Shown: positions 10,494 to 20,260 of the stretch, one piece after another | Numbering within the stretch: the first letter of the stretch is position 1 | Layout: each line of letters opens with the position of its first letter | NCBI GenBank assembly: GCA_938084645.1 | Contig: CALKEP010000008.1 | Location: forward strand, 96,001-160,000 | DNA length: 64,000 nucleotides | Source of the DNA: an uncultured Phycisphaerales bacterium | GTDB lineage: Bacteria; Planctomycetota; Phycisphaerae; Phycisphaerales; SM1A02 | Direction: 5' to 3' | The notes under the pieces: model-generated | Told to the model about the DNA's origin: nothing | The model's database searches: none | What the model saw: the letters and a program-made list of their open reading frames with translations, nothing else | Translations under genes and position numbers: made by a program

Positions 10494-11384
10494 ATGGTGA
10501 CGGTCGGTCGAGTCTGGGCGGGATGCCTCGTTCTTTCGATGATCGCCGGCTGCGCTCCGGAGGTCCGCAAGGACGTCGAGCGGGGGCCCGGTCGTCCGGG
10601 CGACCAGTCGTCGTGGAACACCATTCGCGATCTTCAGAATCGTCGGGTGGACCAGCTTGAACGGTTCTCGTCGGCGGGCACCCTGACCATCACGCTCGCG
10701 AACGGCGACGAGGTCGATCGGGAGCAGGCGGATCATCGGATCTGGCGATCGGGTCCGTCGCGGGCCGCGATCCGGGTGTCGAAACTCGGGAGTTCGATCA
10801 TGACCGCGGCCTGGAACGGCCCGCGGTGGTGGATGTTCGACGAGCGTCGGGAGGACGTGGTCCTTCGCATCCACCCCGTGGAAGCCCCGAAGAATCGCGA
10901 GGGGGAGGCCGGTGTTCTTTCCCCGCCGACCCTGTTCGCGATGCTCGGACTCCTCCGTTTTCCGGATGTGATGCCGCGGGACCTCCTGCTCTTCGCGGAA
11001 GGCTGCACGTTCTCACTCGACTCGATCGACTGGGGGACCGGGGCCGTACCCATCCCGCTCACCGGCGGAATCGAGATCGAGATCGCATCGCCTCGCGACG
11101 GTCCGGCCGCGGTTCGGATGATCGACGAGGCCGGCGAGGAGATCGCGCGGTCGGTGCTGTCTCGGTTCGACTCCGTCGATCGAATCGGATCGCCGCCGGG
11201 CGACTGGCCGATCCTGCCACATCGAGTCGAGGTTCTCCGGGGGTCCGGAGACCGTCTCGTCATGTCCTTCGATGCCCCCGTCGCCAACGGACGGGTGAGT
11301 GAGCGTCTCTTCGACCTCGATGCCCAGATTCGCCGGTCCGAACCGGCGATCATCGAGGACGACACCCTTCGGAGCAGCGACTGA
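10494..11384 (+). CDS. Putative lipoprotein, possibly LolA/LolB-like beta fold
   Basis: Lipobox MIAGC after a hydrophobic stretch; beta-strand pattern (AGTLTITL...AIRVSKLG...WNGPRWWMFD). Confidence 0.7.
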   Translation: MVTVGRVWAGCLVLSMIAGCAPEVRKDVERGPGRPGDQSSWNTIRDLQNRRVDQLERFSSAGTLTITLANGDEVDREQADHRIWRSGPSRAAIRVSKLGSSIMTAAWNGPRWWMFDERREDVVLRIHPVEAPKNREGEAGVLSPPTLFAMLGLLRFPDVMPRDLLLFAEGCTFSLDSIDWGTGAVPIPLTGGIEIEIASPRDGPAAVRMIDEAGEEIARSVLSRFDSVDRIGSPPGDWPILPHRVEVLRGSGDRLVMSFDAPVANGRVSERLFDLDAQIRRSEPAIIEDDTLRSSD

Positions 11385-13114
11385 TGCCTCGGATGTCCGC
11401 CAGGATGATCGGCATGATCGCCATCGTGGTGGCCTGGATCCTTCTTCCGGCCGCGAGCTTCGCCGTGGCGATCGCCGAGGAAGCGCCGCGACCGGTGCTC
11501 GCCGCCTCGGGCGGTCGACATGTCTTCGTGTCGACGGACGGCGGGAGCGTGTCGACGGGTTTCGAGATCATGCACTTCGACGGCGAGTCCGGGCCCGCCG
11601 CAGGACGAGTCGTCGCCCGGGTGCCACGGCGGCCGGAGGCGATCGCGGCGTTCGGTGAGCGATGCTGGGTGGTGCTTCCGCCCTTCGACGCGGACAAGCC
11701 GCAGCGGGAGGTGGTGTCCTTCAAGGTCGCCCGCAATCCAGCGACGAATCTCTGGTACGCGGAGCCGGTCGGGAGATTCGAGGTGCTTCCGGTGTTGCCC
11801 CGCGAGCCGCGCCTGGTCGGCATGGTGGGTGATGTCGACGGCCCGGTCGCGGTCTTCCTGCCTTCGCAACGGGCGGCTCGCGGCATCGATCGCAAGCCCG
11901 GTGAACCGGCGGCGCCCGTGGATGGCGTCGCGACCGAATCCGCGGAAGAGACAACAACCGAGTCGACGGTTCGAGCCGACGGCGTCGCGGAATCCGAAGC
12001 CCTCGATGGTGGGGCCACCTTCGTGATCGGGGACACGAATCGATGGAAATGGTCGGTCCAGCCGCCGCCGACGGATTTCCTTCGGGCTGGCGACGCGGTG
12101 CTCGGGGTCGGCGGCACGCCCGATGGGGTCCGGCCGGTGATGATCTGGACCGATGCCGCTGGAGGGGATGGAGCCGGTCGGGTGACTCGGCTTTCGACAT
12201 GGGAAGAGGGGACGTGGCGATCCACCTCGCTCACGCTCGAGCGCGAGGCCCGTCCGCTCGCCGTGGTGCCGTCGGAGGGGTCGATCCTGCTGGCCAGTCG
12301 CACGGAGTCTGGAAGCGTGCTGCTCGACTACGTCCGCCCCGGCGAAGATGGTCGTGATTCGCTGTTGCGACTTGGCTCCGTCGAGTCGGCGGTCGCGGGC
12401 CCGCGGGCCACGGTGGTCGGGGTCGCCATGGGGCCCTGGCTCATCGACGCCGACGAGGAGGGGCTTCGAATCGCCGTCATCGATCCGCTCGGAGGTTCGG
12501 TCGGGGAGTCGGTTCGGCCGATCGACGAGACGGGCGAGTTCTCGCTGATCCATTTCCCGCTGACCGGAATCGCGATGATCTCGGCCTTGATGGCGGCCCT
12601 GCTCCTCCGGCCCTGGATCGAGCGTGCAGCCCCCCGTGAGCCGGTGCCGGGTCTTCGTTCGATGCCGCTGGCTCGCCGGATCGCGGCGTTGTGCATCGAC
12701 CTGGTGCCCGGGGCGATGGTCACGATCGTGGCCTTCGACATCGATCCGGTCGAGTTTCTCGAGAGTTTTCGCTCGGGCGAGCCCGAAACGGCCGCGCCGG
12801 CCGTGTTCGCCATCGTCGTCACCGCGGTGACCGCGGGCCTCGGAGAGGTCCTCTTCGATCGTTCGCTTGGAAAGGCGATGGTCGGGGGGCGGGTGTCTTC
12901 CATCAACGGGACCCGGGGCACCGCCGTGCAGCGGGGCTTGCGGGCGCTCTTGAAGTTGATCGTGCTGCTCCTGCCACCCCTCGCCTTGCTGGTGGTGATC
13001 GATCCGCTCGGCCGCGGGATGCCCGAGCTCCTGAGTCGGACGTGCGTGACGACCCGTGATCGGGTCGACCCGGACGCCTCCGAGCCCGATTCGGGCCGCT
13101 CGAAGGCCGATTGA
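11384..13114 (+). CDS. Membrane protein with a large exported N-terminal domain and a C-terminal RDD domain
   Basis: Signal peptide; RRIAALCID, RSLGKAMVG, R.LLK pattern of the RDD family; TGATG overlap with the upstream gene. Confidence 0.75.
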   Translation: MPRMSARMIGMIAIVVAWILLPAASFAVAIAEEAPRPVLAASGGRHVFVSTDGGSVSTGFEIMHFDGESGPAAGRVVARVPRRPEAIAAFGERCWVVLPPFDADKPQREVVSFKVARNPATNLWYAEPVGRFEVLPVLPREPRLVGMVGDVDGPVAVFLPSQRAARGIDRKPGEPAAPVDGVATESAEETTTESTVRADGVAESEALDGGATFVIGDTNRWKWSVQPPPTDFLRAGDAVLGVGGTPDGVRPVMIWTDAAGGDGAGRVTRLSTWEEGTWRSTSLTLEREARPLAVVPSEGSILLASRTESGSVLLDYVRPGEDGRDSLLRLGSVESAVAGPRATVVGVAMGPWLIDADEEGLRIAVIDPLGGSVGESVRPIDETGEFSLIHFPLTGIAMISALMAALLLRPWIERAAPREPVPGLRSMPLARRIAALCIDLVPGAMVTIVAFDIDPVEFLESFRSGEPETAAPAVFAIVVTAVTAGLGEVLFDRSLGKAMVGGRVSSINGTRGTAVQRGLRALLKLIVLLLPPLALLVVIDPLGRGMPELLSRTCVTTRDRVDPDASEPDSGRSKAD

Positions 13115-13279
13115 GGCTCGATCCGTCAGAAGCGCACGCAATGCGCGAATAATCGTCAGCTTTGGAGGATTCTCGACCCTGCAGCCGATGAGAGCTGCAG
13201 TCGGCGAATGGAGTCGCCGTGGATCGTCGCGCCTCGGTGCCCTGCATGCAGGGCTTCGGGTGCGGAATGAGAGGATCTC

Positions 13280-15892
13280 GTGACGGACGATCGTTCAGCG
13301 TCAAAGGCCCCCGAGGCCGAGGATTCATCCGCCGGTTCCACGTCGAGCGACGTGGCGGTGGCCCCGGACGTCGTTCGGGGTCGATCCTGGCAGTTCCCGC
13401 TCATCGCGATGTCCCTCGTCGCGATTCTGGCGGCGTTCTGGCACCGTTCCAACATTCAGGCGGCCGACGTCGATCCCGCGGCCCAGCTTCAGCTTGCCGA
13501 GACGCTGCTTGCCGAGGGCGACTACGAGACCGCCACGACGATCGTGGCGGCGGTCGATCCGACCCAGGATTCGATGGCGCCGCATCGACCATGGCATCAG
13601 GTGTTGGTCGCGGACTGCCTGGCGGCCAGGCATGCACCGATCGAGGCGGCGACGCCCGAGATCGCGTCGAGGATCGCGGACGCCTATCTCGAGGCATCCC
13701 GGATCGGCGCCAGGCTCTCGGAGCGGCAACGGCATCACCTCGCGATCTCCGAATCGAACGCGAATCGCCTCGACGAGGCGTCGGCGCGGTTCGGGACGCT
13801 GCTCGATGCACGGGACGTCGGAATCGCGACCGATGCCCGTACCCGGCGGCACGCATTGATGCAGCAGTCGCTGCTTCGGGACCTCGACGCCGGCGTCGAG
13901 CCGGCGGCACTGGCGGCTTCGGTCAATGCCCTGCTGGCGGAGGATCCCGGGCTCGGGATCGAGTCCTGGGCGGTCGGATTCCGAGCGAGACTCCGGATCC
14001 GCGAGGGTGATCTCGCAGGATTGGTGCCGGCGATGATCGTCGACATGCAGCGTCTGGAAGGCGCGTCCGAGCAGTCGCCCGGCGTCGTGGTCGACTGGGC
14101 GGAGCTCCATGTGCTTCTGGGGCATGCATATCTCGCGGCAAGCCGCCCGATCCCGGCGGCGGAACGCTACGAATTCGTCGTCGATCACCTCGGCTCGACG
14201 GCGCCGGTCGCCGCGGAGGCCTTGATCTCACTGGGGCGACTGCATCTGGCGCGTGGCGAGTTCGATGCGGCGAAGCGGCGATTCGCCGGCGTCTTCGCCG
14301 TCCCCCAGGTGACCGCTCGTCAGCGACTCGCGGCCCGGGTCGGACTTGGAGAGCTCGCCGCGATCACCGGTGAGCCGGAAGTCGCGATCCGGGAGTTCTC
14401 GGATGCCGCCGTCGTGGTGCGGGGCAACCCCGCGTTCCCCACGTCCGTGCTCGAAGAATCCGCGGCCGCCGCCATTCGGGCGTCGGATCGGGTGATGCAA
14501 CACGCCACGGGGATCACCAGCCGCGCGGCCGAGATGGAGATCGTGTCGATCGCGCGTGATCTGGCGGTGTTCGCGGTCCGGTTCGGAAGCGACCCCTCGG
14601 TCCGCATGCAGGCCCTTTCCCGGGTCGCGGACACGCACCGTCGCGCGGTGGAACTCGCGGTGGGGCCCGGGTTCGACGGTGTCGACCTTCGTGAGGTCCC
14701 CTACGAGGCGATTCCGGTCGCGGCGCGGATCGAGGCGAACGGGTATCTGGTCGCCGCCGCGGAGGCGGTGCTCGAGATCGACACGCTCACGCCGTCCGAA
14801 ACGTACCGGAGCGATCTGCTCTGGCAGGCCGCGGAGCTGTACGACACGGCCGGCCGCCCCCGCAAGGCGCTCGCGCTCTACGAGCGATTCGTGGATGGCG
14901 AGGCCGATCATCAGAATCGCCCCGAAGCGATGTACCGGATCGCATTGGGCCTTCACGGCATGATGCGATTCGAGGAGGCGGGCGTCTGGTACCGGCGGCT
15001 CCTCGAGGAAGGCGAAGCGAAGCCGGCGGAGCGATCGGGGTACTGGACCCGTGCCAAGGTCGGCCTCGCCCGAGCGCTGCTCGCGATGCCCGGAAGTGGT
15101 GGCGTGCTGGAGGCGGAGCGTCTCCTTCGAGACTTTCTCGAAGGTCGCGAGGTCGATCCGCGTTCGATCGACTACCGCGACGCGACGTTCCATCTCGGCC
15201 GGCTCCTGGTCGGTCAGGAGCGATGGCTCGAGGCGGTCGAAGGACTGGAGCCGTGGCTCGGCCGCTATCCCGATGACGAGCGTTGGGGCGAGGCATCGGC
15301 GCTGGCCGGGGTCGCGTGGCTCAATCGGGCGGAACAGCTCGCAAGCCAGCTCGACGACGACTCGACTCGTGATCTCGAGCACTCGCCGATCTCACCCGGA
15401 TATCGCGCCGAGCTGGAGATCTCGCGTCGCACGGCGCTGATGCGGGCGCTCGAGCGGTTCGAGGACGTGGTGGACCGCCTCGACGGGGTCGATCCGCCGT
15501 TGCTGTCTCCGTTGCAGCGGCACCTGCTCCGGGTGGCGGGCCTGCAGCGCGGAACGGTCCGCGAACGGCTCGGGGAGATGAACGAGGCGATCGCGGTCTA
15601 TCGCGAAGTGGAACAGCGTTTCGCAGAGGAACCCGTGGCGGTGGAGGCGCTGGTCTCGCTGGCGAACCTCGCTTCGCGCATCGGTGACGGCGAGATGGCG
15701 AAGAAGGCGACCCGGCGGGCGAGAATCAAACTGCAGCGAATCGAACAGCGCCGCCGCATGGACGGCGTTTCCAACGGCGGCGAGGGCGATCTCATGGAAC
15801 GCCACGGGCCGGATCTCTTCGTCGGCGGCGGGAGCAGTTCGCTCGACCGATGGCTCCGTCTCTTCCCGCCGGGCGGGGGGGGTGCCGGATGA
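13280..15892 (+). CDS. Large membrane-anchored tetratricopeptide-repeat protein
   Basis: N-terminal TM (WQFPLIAMSLVAILAAFW); many TPR-like helices (EALISLGRLHLARGEFDAA, EAMYRIALG, DATFHLGRLL); GAGAGGA RBS. Confidence 0.8.
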   Translation: MTDDRSASKAPEAEDSSAGSTSSDVAVAPDVVRGRSWQFPLIAMSLVAILAAFWHRSNIQAADVDPAAQLQLAETLLAEGDYETATTIVAAVDPTQDSMAPHRPWHQVLVADCLAARHAPIEAATPEIASRIADAYLEASRIGARLSERQRHHLAISESNANRLDEASARFGTLLDARDVGIATDARTRRHALMQQSLLRDLDAGVEPAALAASVNALLAEDPGLGIESWAVGFRARLRIREGDLAGLVPAMIVDMQRLEGASEQSPGVVVDWAELHVLLGHAYLAASRPIPAAERYEFVVDHLGSTAPVAAEALISLGRLHLARGEFDAAKRRFAGVFAVPQVTARQRLAARVGLGELAAITGEPEVAIREFSDAAVVVRGNPAFPTSVLEESAAAAIRASDRVMQHATGITSRAAEMEIVSIARDLAVFAVRFGSDPSVRMQALSRVADTHRRAVELAVGPGFDGVDLREVPYEAIPVAARIEANGYLVAAAEAVLEIDTLTPSETYRSDLLWQAAELYDTAGRPRKALALYERFVDGEADHQNRPEAMYRIALGLHGMMRFEEAGVWYRRLLEEGEAKPAERSGYWTRAKVGLARALLAMPGSGGVLEAERLLRDFLEGREVDPRSIDYRDATFHLGRLLVGQERWLEAVEGLEPWLGRYPDDERWGEASALAGVAWLNRAEQLASQLDDDSTRDLEHSPISPGYRAELEISRRTALMRALERFEDVVDRLDGVDPPLLSPLQRHLLRVAGLQRGTVRERLGEMNEAIAVYREVEQRFAEEPVAVEALVSLANLASRIGDGEMAKKATRRARIKLQRIEQRRRMDGVSNGGEGDLMERHGPDLFVGGGSSSLDRWLRLFPPGGGGAG

Positions 15893-16344
15893 ACGACATG
15901 GCCTCCGACCACCGATCGGTGCCGACGCGCCTCCGCGCGGCCATCGAATCCCGGGTCGAACGACTGAAGGCGGTGCTGGTGCTGGCCGACCGGCAGTCCG
16001 AGGCGATCCGTCGCAGGCATTTCGGCGGACTGGACCGAATCCTCACCGAACGCGCCGCGATCGTGGATTCGCTCGTGGCCGACACGGCCGCGTTCGAGGC
16101 GTTGGCCCGAGAGGCCGCTGGAACGATGGACGACGATCTCCTCGGTCGTCTCGGCGTGGCGGAGCGGCTCGCCGCCGACATCGAGGCTCGGGACGCGGAA
16201 TCGCTCGAACTCGCCCGTTCCGAAGGCGAGCGATCGAGGATCGAGCTCGAGAAGATCACCCTCGCAGGCCGGGTCGGCCGGGCCTATCGATCCGGCGATC
16301 AAGCATCCACCGAACATCGACGAGACCTGGCGGATCAAGCCTGA
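15889..16344 (+). CDS. FlgN-like alpha-helical protein
   Basis: L..LADRQ.EAI.....L..IL.ER..IV..L pattern; C-terminal RAYR; ATGA/TGATG overlaps on both sides; next to flagellar genes. Confidence 0.55.
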   Translation: MNDMASDHRSVPTRLRAAIESRVERLKAVLVLADRQSEAIRRRHFGGLDRILTERAAIVDSLVADTAAFEALAREAAGTMDDDLLGRLGVAERLAADIEARDAESLELARSEGERSRIELEKITLAGRVGRAYRSGDQASTEHRRDLADQA

Positions 16345-17333
16345 TGAGCATCATCGAGACCAACACCGATCCTGCCAAGGCACGCGGCTCCGCGTCGATC
16401 GATGCGAACGACTTCGCGGATCTGATGCAGAGCTTCAACGACGTCACGAGTCGGCTCGAGTCGACCCACGCCTCCCTTCGTGACGAGGTCGCGTCGCTCA
16501 AGGGCGAACTCGAGGAGACGCACCGGCGGCTTCGTCGTTCGCGACAGCTCGCGGCACTGGGCGAGATGGCGGCGGGCATCGCCCATGAGATCCGCAATCC
16601 GCTCGGTGCGATCGCCCTCAATCTCGAGGCATTGACCGAGGATCTCGCGGACCGACCCGGAGAACTCGAACTCTGTGGCCGCGTCTCCCGTGCGGTGTCG
16701 CGGCTCGATCTCATCGTGGGTGACGTCCTGTCCTTCGCCAGGGACACGCGGGTCCGGCCGGACGCGGTCCGGCCTTCGGAGATCGTGCTCGCCGCGGTCG
16801 CCCACGCCGAGGACCTGGTCGATGCCCACGGAATCGACGTCGACCTCTCGATCGACGAGGAGATCAAGCTGGTCGCGGATGCGTCGTTGCTCGAGCAGTC
16901 GCTCCTGAACCTCGTCCGCAACGCGTGCGAGGCGATGTCGAGCGTCGATGGGCCGCGTCGGTTGGAGATCGTGCTCGACCGACGTGAATTGCGGGATCCC
17001 GACCGCGGGGTGGTTCGTCATGCGGTCTTCGAGATCCGTGACACCGGTCCCGGCATCCCCGGCGAGGTGCGGGAGCGGATGTTCAATCCGTTCTTCACGA
17101 CCCGGGCGGAGGGTACGGGGCTCGGGTTGGCGATCGTGCACCGGATCGTGGACGCCCATGGCGGGCGTCTCGACGTGCTCGATGGCGAACCGGGAACGAT
17201 CATGAGGCTTTCGCTGCCCATCGCGGGCGTCGCGCCAGGCGACGATGCGACGGCGGAGGATGAGGATGGGCGGTCCCTGGAAGGCGCCGTACGACGGCGG
17301 GTCAGGGACAACTCGGGCCGAGGCGCGGCCTGA
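16344..17333 (+). CDS. Cytoplasmic histidine kinase (FlgS/FleS/FlrB-like position, no sensor domain)
   Basis: LGEMAAGIAHEIRNPL (H box), LLNLVRNA (N), DTGPGIP (G1), FNPFFTT (F), GTGLGL (G2); N-terminus is only a coiled coil. Confidence 0.92.
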   Translation: MSIIETNTDPAKARGSASIDANDFADLMQSFNDVTSRLESTHASLRDEVASLKGELEETHRRLRRSRQLAALGEMAAGIAHEIRNPLGAIALNLEALTEDLADRPGELELCGRVSRAVSRLDLIVGDVLSFARDTRVRPDAVRPSEIVLAAVAHAEDLVDAHGIDVDLSIDEEIKLVADASLLEQSLLNLVRNACEAMSSVDGPRRLEIVLDRRELRDPDRGVVRHAVFEIRDTGPGIPGEVRERMFNPFFTTRAEGTGLGLAIVHRIVDAHGGRLDVLDGEPGTIMRLSLPIAGVAPGDDATAEDEDGRSLEGAVRRRVRDNSGRGAA

Positions 17334-17378
17334 GATCACAGGAATGAGTCGGGTCTTGACACCCGGTGGAGGCCATGG

Positions 17379-18839
17379 ATGGCGAAGATTCTCGTAGTCG
17401 ACGACAAGGAAATGATGCGCGACAGCGTCGCGACGATCCTCGGCAGGAAGGGGCATGCGGTGATCGGTGCCCACGACGGCGAGACCGCGCTGGCCAAGCT
17501 CGCCGAGAAGAAGCCGGCGGTGGTCGTGACCGACCTCCAGATGCCCGGGATGAGCGGGATCGAACTTCTCGCGGCGATCCGTCGAATCGACGAGGACCTG
17601 CCCGTGGTGCTGATGACGGCGTATGCCACCATCGAGACCGCGGTGGAGGCGATGCGGGAGGGGGCGTTCGACTACGTCACCAAGCCGTTCAGCGGTGACG
17701 AGCTCATGATCGCGGTCGACCGTGCGATCGAGCACGGCCGGCTTCGGACGGAGAACCAGGTCCTCCGAGCCGCGGTGGCCCCGGAGCCGCCCGCCGCCGG
17801 GTCGGACGACATGATCGGCGACGGCGCCGCGATGACCGAGGTCCGGGAGCGGCTCGGCCGGATCGCCGACAGCCACGGCACCGTGCTGATCAACGGCGAG
17901 AGCGGGACCGGCAAGGAGGTCGCGGCTCGTGCGATCCATGCGGCCAGCCCGAGGCGAGAGGCGCCCTTCCTCGCCATCAACTGCGCGGCGCTCTCCGCGA
18001 GTCTGCTCGAAAGCGAGCTCTTCGGCCACGAGAAGGGGGCGTTCACCGGCGCGGATCGACTTCGCAAGGGGCGGTTCGAACTCGCCGATGGCGGCACCCT
18101 GCTGCTCGACGAGATCAGCGAGATTCCGCCGGAGTTGCAGGCGAAGCTCCTTCGGGTCCTGCAGGAACGAAGCTTCGAACGGGTCGGGTCCAGCACCACG
18201 CAGACCGTGGACGTGCGGGTGATCGCGACGACCAACCGTGACCTGGAGGCCGAAGTCGACGCGGGACGGTTCCGCGGCGACCTGTTCTTCCGGCTCAACG
18301 TGCTTCCGATCGAGATGCCCGCGCTTCGGGATCGAGTCGAGGACATCGAGTCGCTCTCGTCCCACTTCCTCCGTGCGGTGGCGGCCCGGGAGGGGCGTTC
18401 CGCGAGGTCGCTGGATCCGGACGCCGTCTCGGTGCTCGAGCGATACGGCTGGCCGGGCAATGTTCGAGAGCTCCAGAACATCTGCGAGCGGGCGTCGGTC
18501 CTCGCCGCCACCGACGAGATCCCCGGCTCGCTGATCGCCCCGTGGCTCGCCGCGGGTGCGGATCCGTCGACGGCGATCGGCGGGGTGCAGTCGGGTCTCT
18601 CGGCCTCGACCACCGAGGTGAAGCAGGGCGACCAGGCGATGGGAACCGCCCAGACGTGGCTGGCCTGCGATGGCGAGCTCACGCTTGCGGACATCGAGCG
18701 GGAGACCATCGTCGCGACCCTGCGCCGGAACGGCGGACATCGACAGCGTTCGGCGAAGGCGCTCGGCATCGGAGTTCGCACGCTCGGATTGAAGTTGAAG
18801 AAGTGGAAGGAAGACCGGATCGTGGAGGCCGACCTTTGA
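17379..18839 (+). CDS. Sigma54-dependent response regulator (NtrC/FleR/FlgR family)
   Basis: Receiver (VVDD, TDLQMP, KP), GESGTGKE, GAFTGA, LLLDEI, WPGNVRELQN, C-terminal Fis-type HTH. Confidence 0.95.
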   Translation: MAKILVVDDKEMMRDSVATILGRKGHAVIGAHDGETALAKLAEKKPAVVVTDLQMPGMSGIELLAAIRRIDEDLPVVLMTAYATIETAVEAMREGAFDYVTKPFSGDELMIAVDRAIEHGRLRTENQVLRAAVAPEPPAAGSDDMIGDGAAMTEVRERLGRIADSHGTVLINGESGTGKEVAARAIHAASPRREAPFLAINCAALSASLLESELFGHEKGAFTGADRLRKGRFELADGGTLLLDEISEIPPELQAKLLRVLQERSFERVGSSTTQTVDVRVIATTNRDLEAEVDAGRFRGDLFFRLNVLPIEMPALRDRVEDIESLSSHFLRAVAAREGRSARSLDPDAVSVLERYGWPGNVRELQNICERASVLAATDEIPGSLIAPWLAAGADPSTAIGGVQSGLSASTTEVKQGDQAMGTAQTWLACDGELTLADIERETIVATLRRNGGHRQRSAKALGIGVRTLGLKLKKWKEDRIVEADL

Positions 18840-18846
18840 CCCGGTA

Positions 18847-18861
18847 TGGCGCAAATCCAGC
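18847..18861 (+). promoter_or_regulatory. Candidate sigma54 (-24/-12) promoter of the flgB operon
   Basis: TGGCGCAAATCCAGC = GG-N10-GC, 63 nt upstream of flgB; partial match to TGGCAC-N5-TTGC. Confidence 0.45.
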
Positions 18862-18924
18862 CCGACACCACGCGCAGGATCCGCCTCGACCGGCGAACCT
18901 TGCGCCTTGCCTCGGGGGTGACCG

Positions 18925-19362
18925 ATGAGCGACGGCATCGAAGGCTCGGGCGCGATCCCGTATCTCCAGCGACTCATGCAGTTCTCCTGGAAGCGGAACG
19001 AGCTGCTTCAGGACAACATCGCGAACATCGACACCCCCGGCTACCGCACCCGCGACGTCCCCGTTTCCGAGTTCCAGGACGCGATGCGGGAGGCGAGAGA
19101 CCGCCAGCGGTCGGGGATCGACGCGGTGGCCCGAGGTGCGGGCGTGTTCGAGGACCGGGCCGCGATTCGCTTCTCGGACCGCTCGATCGAGCTTCGTCCG
19201 GTGGAGCGTGGGGACAATCTGCTCCAGCACGACGGGAACGACCGCAATCTGGAACAGCTCATGCAGGGGCTGACGGAGAACGCGATGACGTTTCGGTTCG
19301 CCAGCGAGCTCTTTCGGAAGTCCCATGACATTCTTCGGGCGGCGATTCGTGAACGACCCTGA
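18925..19362 (+). CDS. flgB: Flagellar basal-body rod protein FlgB
   Basis: NIANIDTPGYRTRD; DGNDRNLE. Confidence 0.93.
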   Translation: MSDGIEGSGAIPYLQRLMQFSWKRNELLQDNIANIDTPGYRTRDVPVSEFQDAMREARDRQRSGIDAVARGAGVFEDRAAIRFSDRSIELRPVERGDNLLQHDGNDRNLEQLMQGLTENAMTFRFASELFRKSHDILRAAIRERP

Positions 19363-19401
19363 CCCCGCGAGTATTGACTCCACAACGGCGGAGCATTCGG
19401 C

Positions 19402-19785
19402 ATGAGCATCTATGGCGCATTCGACATCGCGGGTTCCGGTCTCCAGGCCCAACGGGTCCGGATGGACGCGGTCACGGCCAATCTCGCGAACCAGCGGACC
19501 CCGGAATTCGAGGTGATGCAGGTTCGATTCGAGGCCGGAGATCCCGATTCCGGGAATCCACTCGGCGTCCACGTCGCGGGGGTCGACCGGCTCCCCATGT
19601 TCAATCCGGTCAAGGACCCCGACAATCCCGCCGCTCGCGAAGACGGCTTCGTCTACTACCCCGCGGTCGACTACGCGACCGCGATGGTGGACGGGATCGA
19701 GGCGCTTCGGGCGTATGAAGCCAACATTCAGGCCGTGGAGGCCACCCGGTCGATGATCGATGCAGGTCTTCGCGTTCTCGCGTGA
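19402..19785 (+). CDS. flgC: Flagellar basal-body rod protein FlgC
   Basis: DIAGSGLQAQRVRMDAVTANLAN; DPDNPAA...GFVYYPAVD; RAYEANI. Confidence 0.93.
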   Translation: MSIYGAFDIAGSGLQAQRVRMDAVTANLANQRTPEFEVMQVRFEAGDPDSGNPLGVHVAGVDRLPMFNPVKDPDNPAAREDGFVYYPAVDYATAMVDGIEALRAYEANIQAVEATRSMIDAGLRVLA

Positions 19786-19815
19786 TGACCGATTCCCCTT
19801 TTCAGGACCTTCGTC

Positions 19816-20139
19816 ATGAGTGATCCGCTCGGACTCGTCTCGAACAACTCGAACCAGGGTGTCGCCGGTATCGGCGCCAAGGGGCCTGGTGTGCCCGCCA
19901 ACGGCCGCAACGCCACCGGCGGGGCCGATTTCAAGACCGATCTGATGAACCAGATCGCCGAAGTCGACCGGCTCCAGCAGAACGCGGAGCAGGTCAAGAT
20001 CGATGCGGTGACGGGCGAGGCGTCCCTCGACCAGGTCATCGTCGCGACGGAGACGGCGGATACCGCCTTTCGGATGCTCCTCGCCGTCAGGAACAAGCTC
20101 GTCGATGCGTACGACGAGGTGAAGAACGTGCGGGTGTGA
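19816..20139 (+). CDS. fliE: Flagellar hook-basal body protein FliE
   Basis: C-terminal AVRNKLVDAYDEV; position after flgC. Confidence 0.92.
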   Translation: MSDPLGLVSNNSNQGVAGIGAKGPGVPANGRNATGGADFKTDLMNQIAEVDRLQQNAEQVKIDAVTGEASLDQVIVATETADTAFRMLLAVRNKLVDAYDEVKNVRV

Positions 20140-20260
20140 CTCACCCTTCGTCGGCCGGATTCCACTCCCGGCCGCCGAAAGGGAAACCGGTCCGGGTCGC
20201 TTGTCAGGATGACGAACGCGGCTTGGAGGCCGGGACAACCCGTGAAACACGACGGATGGC

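Noticed and set aside
13163..13200. GCCGATGA sigma28-like -10 inside a CTGCAGC/GCTGCAG inverted repeat upstream of the TPR gene
   Set aside because: There is no TAAA-like -35 at the right spacing, and GCCGAT is common in this sequence
15875..15882. G8 run at the end of the TPR gene as a phase-variation tract
   Set aside because: It encodes Gly codons, similar G7-G8 runs occur at 32533 and 58502, and the frame is intact
17354..17365. 12-mer TCTTGACACCCG, also present on the reverse strand at 53436-53447
   Set aside because: Neither copy has a -10 box at 16-18 nt, and one 12-bp match among intergenic regions is plausible by chance
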